A DNA stretch of 64,000 nt from Thermoguttaceae bacterium (GTDB taxonomy: Bacteria; Planctomycetota; Planctomycetia; Pirellulales; Thermoguttaceae). The notes beneath the pieces were generated by a model. That model was not told where the DNA came from. It did no database searches and saw only the letters and a program-made list of their open reading frames with translations. Position numbers and translations under genes: made by a program. Below, piece after piece: positions 19,871-28,925 of this stretch. Position 1 is the stretch's first letter. Each line of letters starts with the position of its first letter. The stretch is taken from contig JAVBLI010000016.1 in assembly GCA_031553595.1 (NCBI GenBank), forward strand, positions 61,773 to 125,772, read 5' to 3'.

Positions 19871-21286
19871 ATGGGAAAATTCAGAGATCAGCGTGGCGGT
19901 TCTCGCAATAATTCTAATTCCGGAGATCGAACGGCGTCTTATTCTTCGGGCGGACGCGGCGGATACCGTGACGGCGGCGGTTATCGTGACGGCGGTGGCG
20001 GCGGTTACCGTGATGGGGGGGGGTACCGTGACGGTGGTGGCGGTTATCGTGACGGCGGCGGACGTGGGAATCGTCAGCAGCGGCCGCGCATGTCGAAAAT
20101 GAAAACAAGTAATGATCCGGTGAACGCCGAAAATCCGTTTCTGGATGATGAAACCGGCGAGCAGGTGGAAGAGCTGGAAATCACGGGCGTGCTGGAAATG
20201 CACCCGAATGGATACGGTTTTTTGCGCGACCCGGCTGTGACGTACACGCGGCAGTTGATTGACCCGTTCGTGCCGGGAAACATGATTGAAAAATACGGCC
20301 TGCGCGAGGGCGTAATGTGTAAGGCGGTTGCGCAGCCGGGGCGGAAGAATCAGGGCCCGCGGATCAAGGAAATCGTGGAGGTGGAGGGTGCTCCGCCGGA
20401 AGATTTTCTGAACGTTCGCTGTTTTGACGAGCTGACGGCCATCACGCCAGATAATTGGTATCGGCTGGAGACCGGGCCGGAGCCCATCAGCACGCGGGTA
20501 ATGGATCTGCTGACGCCGCTTGGCCGCGGGCAGCGGGCGCTGATCGTGGCGCCGCCGCGGACGGGGAAAACCATTCTCATGCAGCAGATTTCGGCAGCCA
20601 TCTCGAAAAATTATCCGGACGTGCACATGTTCGTGCTGCTGATTGACGAGCGCCCGGAAGAAGTGACGGACATGCGCCGCGCGGTGCGTGGCGAGGTGGT
20701 GGCCAGCAGTCTGGATAAAGACGTGGAGAGCCACGTGCGACTTTCGCAGCTCATTATTGAACGGTGTAAGCGGCTGGCGGAAAGCGGAAAAGACGTGTTT
20801 CTGCTGCTGGACAGCATTACGCGGCTGGCCCGGGCGTTTAATAAATGGGTTGGGAATACCGGCCGCACCATGAGCGGTGGTGTGGACATTAAAGCCATGG
20901 ACATTCCAAAAAAGCTGTTCGCCACGGCCCGGCAGTTCGAGGAAGGCGGCTCGCTGACGATCGTCGGCACGGCCCTGATTGACACTGGAAGCCGGATGGA
21001 TGAGCTGATTTTCCAGGAATTTAAGGGCACGGGGAACATGGAACTCGTGCTGGATCGCCGGTTGGCGGACCGCCGCATCTGGCCGGCGCTGGACATCAGC
21101 CAGTCGGGGACGCGGCGTGAGGAAAAGCTGTTGGCGCCGGATGTGCTTCATGCCGTGACCATGCTCCGCCGGACGCTTGCCAGCATGAATCCGGTGGAGG
21201 CCATGGAGCAGTTGACGCAAAAGCTGGCGAAATGGAAGACGAATCAGGAATTTATTGACCGGATTTGCGGCCAGCTGCGAGATTGA
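19871..21286 (+). CDS. rho: transcription termination factor Rho with Gly/Arg/Tyr/Asp-rich N-terminal insertion
   Basis: C-terminal RecA-type core (LIVAPPRTGKT Walker A, LLIDERPEEV, LLLDSITRLARA, TALIDTGSRMDE). The N-terminal region carries GGYRDGGGYRDGGGGGYRDGGGYRDGGGGYRDGGGRGNRQQ. Start set at MGKF (19871). Confidence 0.92.
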   Translation: MGKFRDQRGGSRNNSNSGDRTASYSSGGRGGYRDGGGYRDGGGGGYRDGGGYRDGGGGYRDGGGRGNRQQRPRMSKMKTSNDPVNAENPFLDDETGEQVEELEITGVLEMHPNGYGFLRDPAVTYTRQLIDPFVPGNMIEKYGLREGVMCKAVAQPGRKNQGPRIKEIVEVEGAPPEDFLNVRCFDELTAITPDNWYRLETGPEPISTRVMDLLTPLGRGQRALIVAPPRTGKTILMQQISAAISKNYPDVHMFVLLIDERPEEVTDMRRAVRGEVVASSLDKDVESHVRLSQLIIERCKRLAESGKDVFLLLDSITRLARAFNKWVGNTGRTMSGGVDIKAMDIPKKLFATARQFEEGGSLTIVGTALIDTGSRMDELIFQEFKGTGNMELVLDRRLADRRIWPALDISQSGTRREEKLLAPDVLHAVTMLRRTLASMNPVEAMEQLTQKLAKWKTNQEFIDRICGQLRD

Positions 21287-21372
21287 GCAGGGGCTCGGGG
21301 CCGGAGGCTTGGGATTAGGAGGAGGTATTCTTGCGAAATATCTCCTTTTTTTATGTTTTGAGGAATGAAATT

Positions 21373-22272
21373 ATGTCGGAAGAAGTGTGGACCATCGGGC
21401 GGCTGCTGAACTGGACGAAAGATTATCTGGCGAAACGCGGGGTGGCGTCGCCGCGGCTGGATGCGGAAGTGTTGCTGGCGGAAGCGGTGGGCTGTGCGCG
21501 AATCGGGCTTTACACGCGTTTCGAGGAAGTGCCGGCGGAGGATGTGCGGACGCGGTTTAAGGAAATGCTGCGGCGGCGGGCGGAGGGAGAGCCGGTGGCG
21601 TATCTGGTGGGGAAGAAGGAGTTTTACTCGGAGGAATTTGAGGTGACGTCGGCAGTGCTGATTCCCCGGCCGGAAACGGAGTTTTTGGTGGTGGGGCTTT
21701 TGGATGCGGCGAAAACGCTGTCGGCAGGGGCGGCGGGGGCATACCGGCTGTGTGATTTGGGCACGGGCAGCGGTATTCTTGCGATCATTGCCGCGATGAA
21801 CCTGAAAAATAGCACGGTGGACGCGGTGGATATTTCGCCGGAGGCGCTGGAGGTGGCGGCGAAGAACGTGCGGAAGCATGAGGCGAAAATCGGTGAGCGG
21901 GTGCGGCTTTTACAGGGGGATTTGTTCGGGCCGCTGGCGGGAAATGAGGGGGCGTATGATTTCGTGCTGACGAACCCCCCGTATGTGGCGGAAACGGAGA
22001 CGTGTCGCGAGTTGGCGGAGGACGTGTACCGGTATGAGCCGCGGGTGGCGCTGTTTGGCGGGCGTGAGGGGACGGAAATCATCGCGAGGATTCTGGAAGG
22101 CTCGCGGACGTTCCTGAAGCCGGGCGGGTTTTTGCTGCTGGAGCTGAGCCCCATGATTCACGCGCGGACGGTGGAGATGGTGGCCCAGACGCCGGGGCTG
22201 GAGTACGTGCGGACGATTTTTGATCTGGAGAAACGCGAGCGGATTCTGGTGGCGCGGCGGACGGTGATTTAG
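21373..22272 (+). CDS. prmC: release-factor glutamine N5-methyltransferase
   Basis: DLGTGSGILAI SAM-binding motif and TNPPYV catalytic motif, with a HemK-type N-terminal helical domain. Start set at MSEEVW. Confidence 0.85.
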   Translation: MSEEVWTIGRLLNWTKDYLAKRGVASPRLDAEVLLAEAVGCARIGLYTRFEEVPAEDVRTRFKEMLRRRAEGEPVAYLVGKKEFYSEEFEVTSAVLIPRPETEFLVVGLLDAAKTLSAGAAGAYRLCDLGTGSGILAIIAAMNLKNSTVDAVDISPEALEVAAKNVRKHEAKIGERVRLLQGDLFGPLAGNEGAYDFVLTNPPYVAETETCRELAEDVYRYEPRVALFGGREGTEIIARILEGSRTFLKPGGFLLLELSPMIHARTVEMVAQTPGLEYVRTIFDLEKRERILVARRTVI

Positions 22273-22301
22273 GGCAGATTCAGAATGAATGCAGCCGCCA
22301 G

Positions 22302-22417
22302 AACAGCAGCCGGGAATGAAGCGTAGTGGAATGACCGGATAAAATGGCCGAGCGTTTTCCCACTTCGATCCGGTCTCTGCGCGTCACTGCGTTCCGCTTC
22401 GCTCCCGGCTGCTGTTT
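22302..22417. repeat. long palindromic intergenic repeat, family E, copy 3
   Basis: gaacagcagccgggaatgaagcg...accggat aaaatggccgagcgttttcccacttcg atccggtctctgcgcgtcactgcgttccgcttcgctcccggctgctgttt. Confidence 0.75.
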
Positions 22418-22437
22418 CCGTGTAAAATTTACCGGTT

Positions 22438-22540
22438 TGTGACGCGTGGAAGTATTGCGCAGAGGCCGGATGGAAGTGGAAAAATTCTCGGCCATTTTAT
22501 CCGATCATTTCGCTGCGCTCCATTCTCGGCTGCTGTTTCT
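22438..22540. repeat. family E repeat, copy 4 (degenerate; centre inverted relative to copy 3)
   Basis: gtgacgcgtggaagtattgcgcagaggccggat ggaagtggaaaaattctcggccattttatcc gatcatttcgctgcgctccattctcggctgctgtttc. The centre is the reverse complement of the copy 3 centre. Confidence 0.6.
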
Positions 22541-22638
22541 TGTCTAAAACCGTGGCGGCGCGGGTATTCTTGTGCGGTAAAGTCTTCGCAGGTAGATGAA
22601 AATAGTGGGATTTGCTGGAGAATTCCGGTCTTTTTGAG

Positions 22639-22667
22639 TTGAAAAAAGTATTCGGGGATGTTAAAAT
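22639..22667 (+). promoter_or_regulatory. candidate promoter for the paralogue array
   Basis: TTGAAA (22639-22644), 17-nt spacer, TAAAAT (22662-22667), about 75 nt upstream of ATG 22741. Confidence 0.3.
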
Positions 22668-22740
22668 ATGTATGTATCTTTTCTTTATTGGTGATGTGAA
22701 AAGGGTGATGCCGGGTTTGAATAAAAATATGAGGTAAAAA

Positions 22741-23640
22741 ATGATGACGGAAAATGCGTCGCCGCCGGCGGAGAGTGTACGGGAGGCCATGCAGCGGGGG
22801 ATGCTGCTGGCGTTTGAGCGGCAGTTGGGAAACGGTTCGCGCGGCATGGTGTGGCTGATGGGCGGCGTGCTGCTGTGGTGCATCACGTGTGTGACGGTGC
22901 TGGTCAGTGCGTATGGAATAAACCTTTCGCTTTTTGAACAGGAGTCGGAGTTTCTTCTGGGGGCTTCCGGGGCGATTCTGGCGGGGCTGATGGGCGCGAG
23001 TTGGTGTGCGGAATTGCCGGGGCGGGTGGTGCCCAGCGGCGGGCTCTGGCTACGGGTGAGTTGGGGGCTGTTTTTCGTGGGGTGCCTGATGTTGGTGGCG
23101 CCGGGCTGGTTTCCGTTTACGGTGGGGCTGGTGCTGGTGACGGCGAGTTACGTCCTGTGGCTGCTTTACCTGCGGCGCGTGGCGTATGCGCTTGACGGCC
23201 AGGAGGCGCTGCGGCTGGTGCAGTGGTGGGCGATTTTGCTGGGGATTTTTGGGGCGGTGCTGCTGTGGCTGGCGATTTACGTAAAAACGCTGTGGCCGGA
23301 GTATGCGTTTCACTTCCGGATGGTGCCGGACACGCTGGCGGCGACGAAAGCGCTGACGTATTTCGAGTGGTTCTGTTTCGGTCTTTGGTGCGTGGCGGTG
23401 CTCGGCTCGGCTCAGATGATCATGCTCTGGCGGATGCGCGAATTGATTCGCCAGCGGATGAAAGACTGGGTGGAATCGGAAGGAAAGATGGAAATCGGCG
23501 GGCAGCGGAAAGAGACGCCGGGCGTGCTGCCGGTGCGGATAGTGATGGAAGTGGAGGAAGAGGATCTGACGCCGCGCGGGAAAGCGGGGAGTTTGAAGCG
23601 GCGGGATTTCATCAGCAGGAACCGCGGAAGGCGGAAATAA
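22741..23640 (+). CDS. multi-pass membrane protein, array member P0 (degenerate N-terminal box)
   Basis: ATG preceded by GAGG. MMTENASPPAESVREAM resembles the ENPYASPE.V.E box with PY missing. Several hydrophobic helices and a charged C-terminal tail. Confidence 0.75.
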   Translation: MMTENASPPAESVREAMQRGMLLAFERQLGNGSRGMVWLMGGVLLWCITCVTVLVSAYGINLSLFEQESEFLLGASGAILAGLMGASWCAELPGRVVPSGGLWLRVSWGLFFVGCLMLVAPGWFPFTVGLVLVTASYVLWLLYLRRVAYALDGQEALRLVQWWAILLGIFGAVLLWLAIYVKTLWPEYAFHFRMVPDTLAATKALTYFEWFCFGLWCVAVLGSAQMIMLWRMRELIRQRMKDWVESEGKMEIGGQRKETPGVLPVRIVMEVEEEDLTPRGKAGSLKRRDFISRNRGRRK

Positions 23641-23677
23641 TGCGTAATGCGAAATGCTTAATGCTTAATGAGAGGGA

Positions 23678-24424
23678 ATGATGGAAAATCCGTATGCGTC
23701 GCCGGAAAGGATGACAGAGGAGGTGCGGTGGTCGAGACAGGATCGGGCACTGGTGCTGACGTGGATCGGATTGGGCTGGATGCTCATGTCGGCGTCGTGC
23801 TCGCTTGGATTGTACGTCGCGGCCGGCGGGGCGTTTTTGGTGTTGCTGGTGTCCGTGGGGAAAGCATTTTTTGTGATTGAAATGATCGGGGCGTGTTCCG
23901 CTTATGGGCTGCTGGGGGCGGCAGGGCTGAGCGTGTTTCCGGGCGTGTGGCGGTGCTGGGGAGGCATGAGCGGCTTGAACGTGATCGGGAGGGATTTTTT
24001 GTCGGTCACATGGACGGCGTGGGCGGTGGGCGGACTGCTGATGTGCGGGACGATTGTGGGGGCGTTTTGGCTTGTCCCGCTGGGCGTTATCGCGCTGGCG
24101 GTGAGCTTTTGGCACTGGTATCGTTACCTTGAATTCGTCGCGTGGAAAAATCGCCAGCCGGGAATGATGCGACTGGCTTTTTTTATGTTCGTGGCGGCGG
24201 CGTGCTGGTGTGGCGTGGTGCTGATGATCATGCTGCTGGCTTTTTTGGACATAACGATGAACCGGATGTACGCGGAGCCGTTCATTCTGCCGCCCCTGGC
24301 GATTCTGGCAGTCTGTCTTCCGGCGGTGTATCAGCTGCTGGAAATTGTGGTGCTTCGCGGCCTGCGGCTGGGGATTCAGGGATTGCTGGAACTTCCGGAA
24401 GCGGAAAGGAATGTGGAATGGTAA
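23678..24424 (+). CDS. ENPYASPE-box multi-pass membrane protein, array member P1
   Basis: MMENPYASPERMTEEV, then about 6 hydrophobic helices. The loop SFWHWYRYLEFVAWKN is shared with P2 and P3. Acidic C-terminus ends in NVEW. Confidence 0.8.
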   Translation: MMENPYASPERMTEEVRWSRQDRALVLTWIGLGWMLMSASCSLGLYVAAGGAFLVLLVSVGKAFFVIEMIGACSAYGLLGAAGLSVFPGVWRCWGGMSGLNVIGRDFLSVTWTAWAVGGLLMCGTIVGAFWLVPLGVIALAVSFWHWYRYLEFVAWKNRQPGMMRLAFFMFVAAACWCGVVLMIMLLAFLDITMNRMYAEPFILPPLAILAVCLPAVYQLLEIVVLRGLRLGIQGLLELPEAERNVEW

Positions 24425-24448
24425 GCTGCGCGAGAGTGAGGGCCTGAG

Positions 24449-25225
24449 ATGAATGAGAATCCGTATGCGTCGCCGGAACGGGTGGAGGATCGGCAGGAAA
24501 ATCCCATGCTGGATATGATGCTGGGGAATTCTCGCCGGGATGAAATGATGGAGATGCTGCGTATCAGGCAGGGGCTGCGGCTGACATGGTGCAGGGGCGT
24601 GATGTGGCTGTTGGTGATGCTTTGTACGTTGCTGAATGCCGGCCTTGCAAAAATGAAAGTGGATGGAGATATCGTCCCGCTTCTCGCTTTAGGGAATACG
24701 TTGTTTTCGTTTTTGGGCGGTGTTCTGGCATTGTTCGCGCTGGCATATCTGTGGTGGGGGCTGGCGGAGGCGGAACCCGGGGCGCACTGGGATATGATCG
24801 TCAGTTGGTTGTGTGCGGTCAGCGGAACGCTATTGACGGTCGCTATGGTTTTCGTGGAGGTGGCGTTACTTGGACTGGTGGGTTTGTCGCTGCTGTGTAT
24901 CGGTTACTGGAAATGGTCGCGTTGTCTGGAATTCGTCGCGTGGAAAGTGAAACGCGGGGATTTGATGCAGCGTTCGTTGTGGGTAGGAGCCCTGGCGATC
25001 GGATGGTTCGGTATGGTGCTACTTGCCTTGTTGCTGTTGGTGTTCCTCTCCCGTTTTTCGGTTTCCGCGGACGGACTGGTGATGTTGGTGGAGGGGATGA
25101 TGCTTATGGCGGGCGTTCTCGGATGTGCTTATTTTGTTGCGGAGCTGACGCTGGTCTGGAAGTTGATCGGGCGGCTGGGCAGAATGCTGCGGGCGGGTGA
25201 CGGCATCGAGGAGGTGGACTGGTGA
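24449..25225 (+). CDS. ENPYASPE-box multi-pass membrane protein, array member P2
   Basis: MNENPYASPERVEDRQ. Has the GYWKWSRCLEFVAWKV loop. C-terminus ends in EEVDW. Confidence 0.8.
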   Translation: MNENPYASPERVEDRQENPMLDMMLGNSRRDEMMEMLRIRQGLRLTWCRGVMWLLVMLCTLLNAGLAKMKVDGDIVPLLALGNTLFSFLGGVLALFALAYLWWGLAEAEPGAHWDMIVSWLCAVSGTLLTVAMVFVEVALLGLVGLSLLCIGYWKWSRCLEFVAWKVKRGDLMQRSLWVGALAIGWFGMVLLALLLLVFLSRFSVSADGLVMLVEGMMLMAGVLGCAYFVAELTLVWKLIGRLGRMLRAGDGIEEVDW

Positions 25226-25941
25226 GGCGGGGTGCGGAAGAAAACGGGATGCGCGAGAATCCGTATGCGCCGCCCCAGCGGGTGGAGGAGGATGCGCGCG
25301 AGATGACGCCCGAGCAGCGGTTTGCGGCGGCGCGGGGGCTGGGGTGGATGTGGTGGAAGACGCTGTGGTGGGTGGTGGTGGAGGTGACGGTGGTGGCGTG
25401 GCTGACGTGGCCGTACCCGCTGACGGAATGGTGCATGTGGGTGCTGTGGATTCCGCTGGCGGTGACGAGTGTGGCGGGGACGTGGGCCGTGTGGAGGTGC
25501 CTGGATGGCGTGCATGTCCGGGGGCAGTGGTTCGTGTGGACGAGTTGGGCGTTCTGGTTCGGTGCACTTTGGTTTTTGATGGCGTGGAATCCTTATGCCG
25601 GGCAGTTCATGGCAGTGATGGCTGTGACGTGCATGGCGGTGAGCGTGGTGAAGTGGCTGGAATTCATGGCGCTGCTGGCGAAAGAGATGAAAAGTCGGCG
25701 GCATGTGTGGACGGCTTACGGACTGATGGCGCTTACGGCGGTGTGCCTGACTCTGACGTGTATGCTGGGGGAGTTCGGCGGCTGGCTGCTGGCGGCGATG
25801 ACCGTGGTGTGCTGGAGTGCGTACCTGACGCTGAATTTATGGCTGCTGGGCGGGCTTCGGCGCGTGCTGCTGGAGAATGTGGAAATGGAAATACAGGAGA
25901 AGGTGTGGTGGAAAATCCGTATGCGTCGCCGGAAAGGGTGA
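25222..25941 (+). CDS. ENPYASPE-box multi-pass membrane protein, array member P3
   Basis: GTG 25222 overlaps the P2 stop (GTGA); an alternative ATG at 25249 gives MRENPYAPPQRVEED. Has the VVKWLEFMALLAKEMK loop. The Arg-rich C-terminal tail is encoded inside the P4 box. Confidence 0.75.
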   Translation: MRRGAEENGMRENPYAPPQRVEEDAREMTPEQRFAAARGLGWMWWKTLWWVVVEVTVVAWLTWPYPLTEWCMWVLWIPLAVTSVAGTWAVWRCLDGVHVRGQWFVWTSWAFWFGALWFLMAWNPYAGQFMAVMAVTCMAVSVVKWLEFMALLAKEMKSRRHVWTAYGLMALTAVCLTLTCMLGEFGGWLLAAMTVVCWSAYLTLNLWLLGGLRRVLLENVEMEIQEKVWWKIRMRRRKG

Positions 25942-26642
25942 CGGAAGAGATGGAAATGCGTCATGCGGGGCTGTACGGCAGCGTGCGTATACGGGAATTG
26001 CAGCGGGCGCTGGCCGGGTTGGGGTGGACGCTGTACGCGGTGTTGTTGGGCGGTACGACGCTGACTTTTCTGTCGGTTTTCGAGTGGGATCCAGCCAGGT
26101 GGGATGCTCTGCTTCATTGGAGATGGTTCGGCGCGGTGTGGATAACGCTCATTTTGTGCATGGTGGGAACGGGGGGAATGTATCTGCTGGGTGCGGTTTT
26201 GTGCTCGTTGACGGGATGGACGCAGAGGTGGCGGGCCCCGTTGTTGGTACTTGGCGGATTGATTTTGTCCGCCACCGGCGAGACGTATCTGTTTCGTGAA
26301 CCGTTCCTCGAGTATGGCAGCCTGAACGGGTTGCAGGGGTTGGCGTGGATGACGGCGGGGGCGGCGCTGTGGTGCTGGTATTTGTGCTGGCTGACGCGAA
26401 CTTTGCATGCGGAGGCAGCGAAGCTTTGGGCGCATGCCGCGCTGGTGCTGTGCATATTGACGTTTTGCGCGGTACTGACGCAGTGGTTCCGCGATGACGG
26501 GTTTCTGCTGGAGTTCCTGGCGTGGGGGGGCGGCTGTTCCGTGACGGCTTATGTGATCCTGCATGCCATGACGCTGGTGATTTTGCGTCGGACGCTGCGC
26601 ATGCGGATTCGGCGGTTGAATGAGACGGGATACGAGGAATGA
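25905..26642 (+). CDS. ENPYASPE-box multi-pass membrane protein, array member P4
   Basis: Embedded in the ORF-track entry 25197..26642. GTG 25905 is preceded by AGGAGA (25895-25900). It reads (M)VENPYASPERVTEEMEM followed by hydrophobic helices. Overlaps P3 by 37 nt. Confidence 0.7.
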   Translation: MVENPYASPERVTEEMEMRHAGLYGSVRIRELQRALAGLGWTLYAVLLGGTTLTFLSVFEWDPARWDALLHWRWFGAVWITLILCMVGTGGMYLLGAVLCSLTGWTQRWRAPLLVLGGLILSATGETYLFREPFLEYGSLNGLQGLAWMTAGAALWCWYLCWLTRTLHAEAAKLWAHAALVLCILTFCAVLTQWFRDDGFLLEFLAWGGGCSVTAYVILHAMTLVILRRTLRMRIRRLNETGYEE

Positions 26643-27385
26643 GTGAAAACGGGATGCGTGAGAATCCGTATGTGTCGCCCCCGCAGGTGGTGGAGGATGA
26701 AACGTCAGTGCACGAGTACCTGCGGCGGATTCGCTGGGTGCGGTGGGGACTGGGCGTGTTGTGGTGGAGCGTGCTTTTGGCGGTGCTCTTTTACGCGGCG
26801 ATGTTCCTCGGCGAGGGGAATGACGGCGTGCCGACATGGGATTCGCAGTTGAAGGATTGGCTGCTGACGTTGTCGGTCATACCCGTGTTGGTGATTGCAG
26901 TGGCCGGGATCATCGCGTATGATATGTGCCCGAAGGAAGTGCTGTCGAAGCGCGGGCGGTGGATGGGCGGGACATTAGGCGGATGGTGGATTCCGTTGCA
27001 GTTTCTGGCGATATCGGCACATACGGAAAAGGGTTTCATCGTGATGCATCTGCTTTTCTGGGGAGGGTCGATTCTTTGGGGGCTTGGCATCCGGCAGTTG
27101 GCACGCGGATTGGAATGTCAGCGCGGCGTGGAGCAGGGCACGCGGCTTATGCGGTTGGCGATTCTTTTCGGCGTGGCCGTGGCGGCGACCATCGGGGTGG
27201 TGCGTGGGTTGGGATATCCGATTGAGTTCATTGCACACGGTGGTTATAACACAGCGGCGCTGGCGGTGATGCTGGTGCAGATGGCAGGGCTGTTGGTTTT
27301 CGGAGTGCTGCTGATGCGGGCGCTGAGTACACTGCGGCGGTGGATGCAGGTGGAAATTCTGGATAAATCGGATGAGGTGCGATGA
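26639..27385 (+). CDS. ENPYASPE-box multi-pass membrane protein, array member P5
   Basis: ATGA overlap with the P4 stop. MSENGMRENPYVSPPQVVEDE; the ENGMRENPY stretch is shared with P3. Confidence 0.8.
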   Translation: MSENGMRENPYVSPPQVVEDETSVHEYLRRIRWVRWGLGVLWWSVLLAVLFYAAMFLGEGNDGVPTWDSQLKDWLLTLSVIPVLVIAVAGIIAYDMCPKEVLSKRGRWMGGTLGGWWIPLQFLAISAHTEKGFIVMHLLFWGGSILWGLGIRQLARGLECQRGVEQGTRLMRLAILFGVAVAATIGVVRGLGYPIEFIAHGGYNTAALAVMLVQMAGLLVFGVLLMRALSTLRRWMQVEILDKSDEVR

Positions 27386-28191
27386 GCGAGACGCGTGAAA
27401 ATCCGTTTGCGTCGCCGGAAAGGGTGGCGGAGGATGGAAAGCCGCGGGTGGAGGGAAAACCGCTGACGGAAGCGGAGTTTGTGCGGGCGGTGCAGTGGAC
27501 GGCGCTGGGACTGCGGCGTTTGCGCGGGTGTGTGATCTGGTTGGCGGCGTGTGCTGTGCTGGTGCTGGTGGCAGGGGCGGCGAGTTGGCTGTCCGGAGCA
27601 TGGCGGGATTTTGTTGGTCTTGCGGTGTGGATGCCGTGGGTTTTAGCGCCGCCGGCGATTTTTCTGTTCCTGAAGGGCATGTACGGGTGCTCGCAGTGTC
27701 CGGCGGTGTTGGTGCCGAAAGCCAGTGACGAGATGCTGGGGTGCCTGATCCTGGCGGCGCTGGGGATTCCGATGATGCTTGTCGGGGCGGCGGTGCATTT
27801 TCATGTGATCATTTTTTTGATGGGTGCCGGGCTGTGTGCTGCGGGGCAGTTTTTGTTTACGCGCTTCGTCGTGCGGCTGGCTCAGCACACGCGGGATGAA
27901 CGGATTTTGGGATTGTCGCGTGCGCTGCAATTTGTCAGCCGGTTCATGCCGGTATTTTGCTGCCTGTTTATTCCGGTGCTGGGCGTGCAGACGGCATTGT
28001 TCAGCGGAGGTTTTGCGGCCGTGAAATGGAATTCGCTGGTGTATATGAACGTGACCATTTGCGCGACGATGGATGTGCTGATGTATGGCTGCATGAGCTT
28101 CGAATTTTTGAAACGGATGGCGGCGTGGCTGAAGACGCTGGCGGCGGATGACGCGGCGGTTATGCAGTGGATTTTAGACTCGGAACAGTAA
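27382..28191 (+). CDS. ENPYASPE-box multi-pass membrane protein, array member P6
   Basis: ATGA overlap with the P5 stop. MSETRENPFASPERVAEDGK. Multiple hydrophobic helices. Confidence 0.8.
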   Translation: MSETRENPFASPERVAEDGKPRVEGKPLTEAEFVRAVQWTALGLRRLRGCVIWLAACAVLVLVAGAASWLSGAWRDFVGLAVWMPWVLAPPAIFLFLKGMYGCSQCPAVLVPKASDEMLGCLILAALGIPMMLVGAAVHFHVIIFLMGAGLCAAGQFLFTRFVVRLAQHTRDERILGLSRALQFVSRFMPVFCCLFIPVLGVQTALFSGGFAAVKWNSLVYMNVTICATMDVLMYGCMSFEFLKRMAAWLKTLAADDAAVMQWILDSEQ

Positions 28192-28218
28192 CGGTTTTTG
28201 ATAAAACGGGAGGTTGAA

Positions 28219-28911
28219 ATGGATGTGGATATGCCGGTGAAGCGGGAAATGAGCGCGGAAGAACGGAAGTTTGACCGCGGGATGCGGATGGTGGTGCATG
28301 GGGTGACGTGCTGCTTTGCGGCCGCGTTCGTGATGCTGCTGGGGCCGATTCTGCTGTCGAATCTTGGGCTGAAAAATGAGGCGGCCGAGCGGGCGTGGCT
28401 GGGGCTGATTTTGACTGTGGGGGGGATGCACATGGTGGGGTGCGTGCTTTGCTGCCTGTGCCCGACTTCGGTCGTGCGGCACGGAAAAGGCGTGATTTTA
28501 ACCGGTCTGGGGATGATCCTGCTGGCCGGGGGAATCGCGTGGTGGTGTTCGCGGAATGAAGAATATCTGAAAGAGTATGAATCCGCGCGGATACTGATAA
28601 TGCTCATTCCTCTGCTGCTGTTCGCGGGAGTAACGGTGTGGATACTGTTTTTGTGGCAGCTTGCGAAACGGACGCTCAGCGGGGAAATGGCGATGTTCGC
28701 GATATCGCTGGCGGTGCTCTGCGGGGGGAGTGCCGTGCTGCTGCTGACGCCGTTGGCGATGATATTTTTTCTGTTGATGCCGTATAGTTTGGTGGCGCTG
28801 GTGCTGGAAATGTTCCTTTACATGGGCCTGCTGCTGGGGCTGCGGACGCGGATTTTGCAGCGGCTGGACCAGGGTTGGGAAGTGGAGGACGGAGAGGATT
28901 GGGTGAGCTGA
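28219..28911 (+). CDS. multi-pass membrane protein, array member P7 (lacks the N-terminal box)
   Basis: ATG 28219 is preceded by GGGAGG; the ORF track uses TTG 28198. It begins MDVDMPVKREMSAEERKF and then has hydrophobic helices. Same size class and same strand as its neighbours. Confidence 0.7.
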   Translation: MDVDMPVKREMSAEERKFDRGMRMVVHGVTCCFAAAFVMLLGPILLSNLGLKNEAAERAWLGLILTVGGMHMVGCVLCCLCPTSVVRHGKGVILTGLGMILLAGGIAWWCSRNEEYLKEYESARILIMLIPLLLFAGVTVWILFLWQLAKRTLSGEMAMFAISLAVLCGGSAVLLLTPLAMIFFLLMPYSLVALVLEMFLYMGLLLGLRTRILQRLDQGWEVEDGEDWVS

Positions 28912-28925
28912 ATGAGGCATCAGGC

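Noticed and set aside
25197-25904. The 5' two-thirds of the 481-aa ORF-track entry 25197..26642, a Gly/Ala/Val/Asp-rich translation.
   Set aside because: It overlaps array member P3 in another frame and has GC-rich shadow-ORF composition with no hydrophobic helices. The paralogue pattern (RBS plus GTG plus the ENPYASPE box) shows the real gene starts at 25905.
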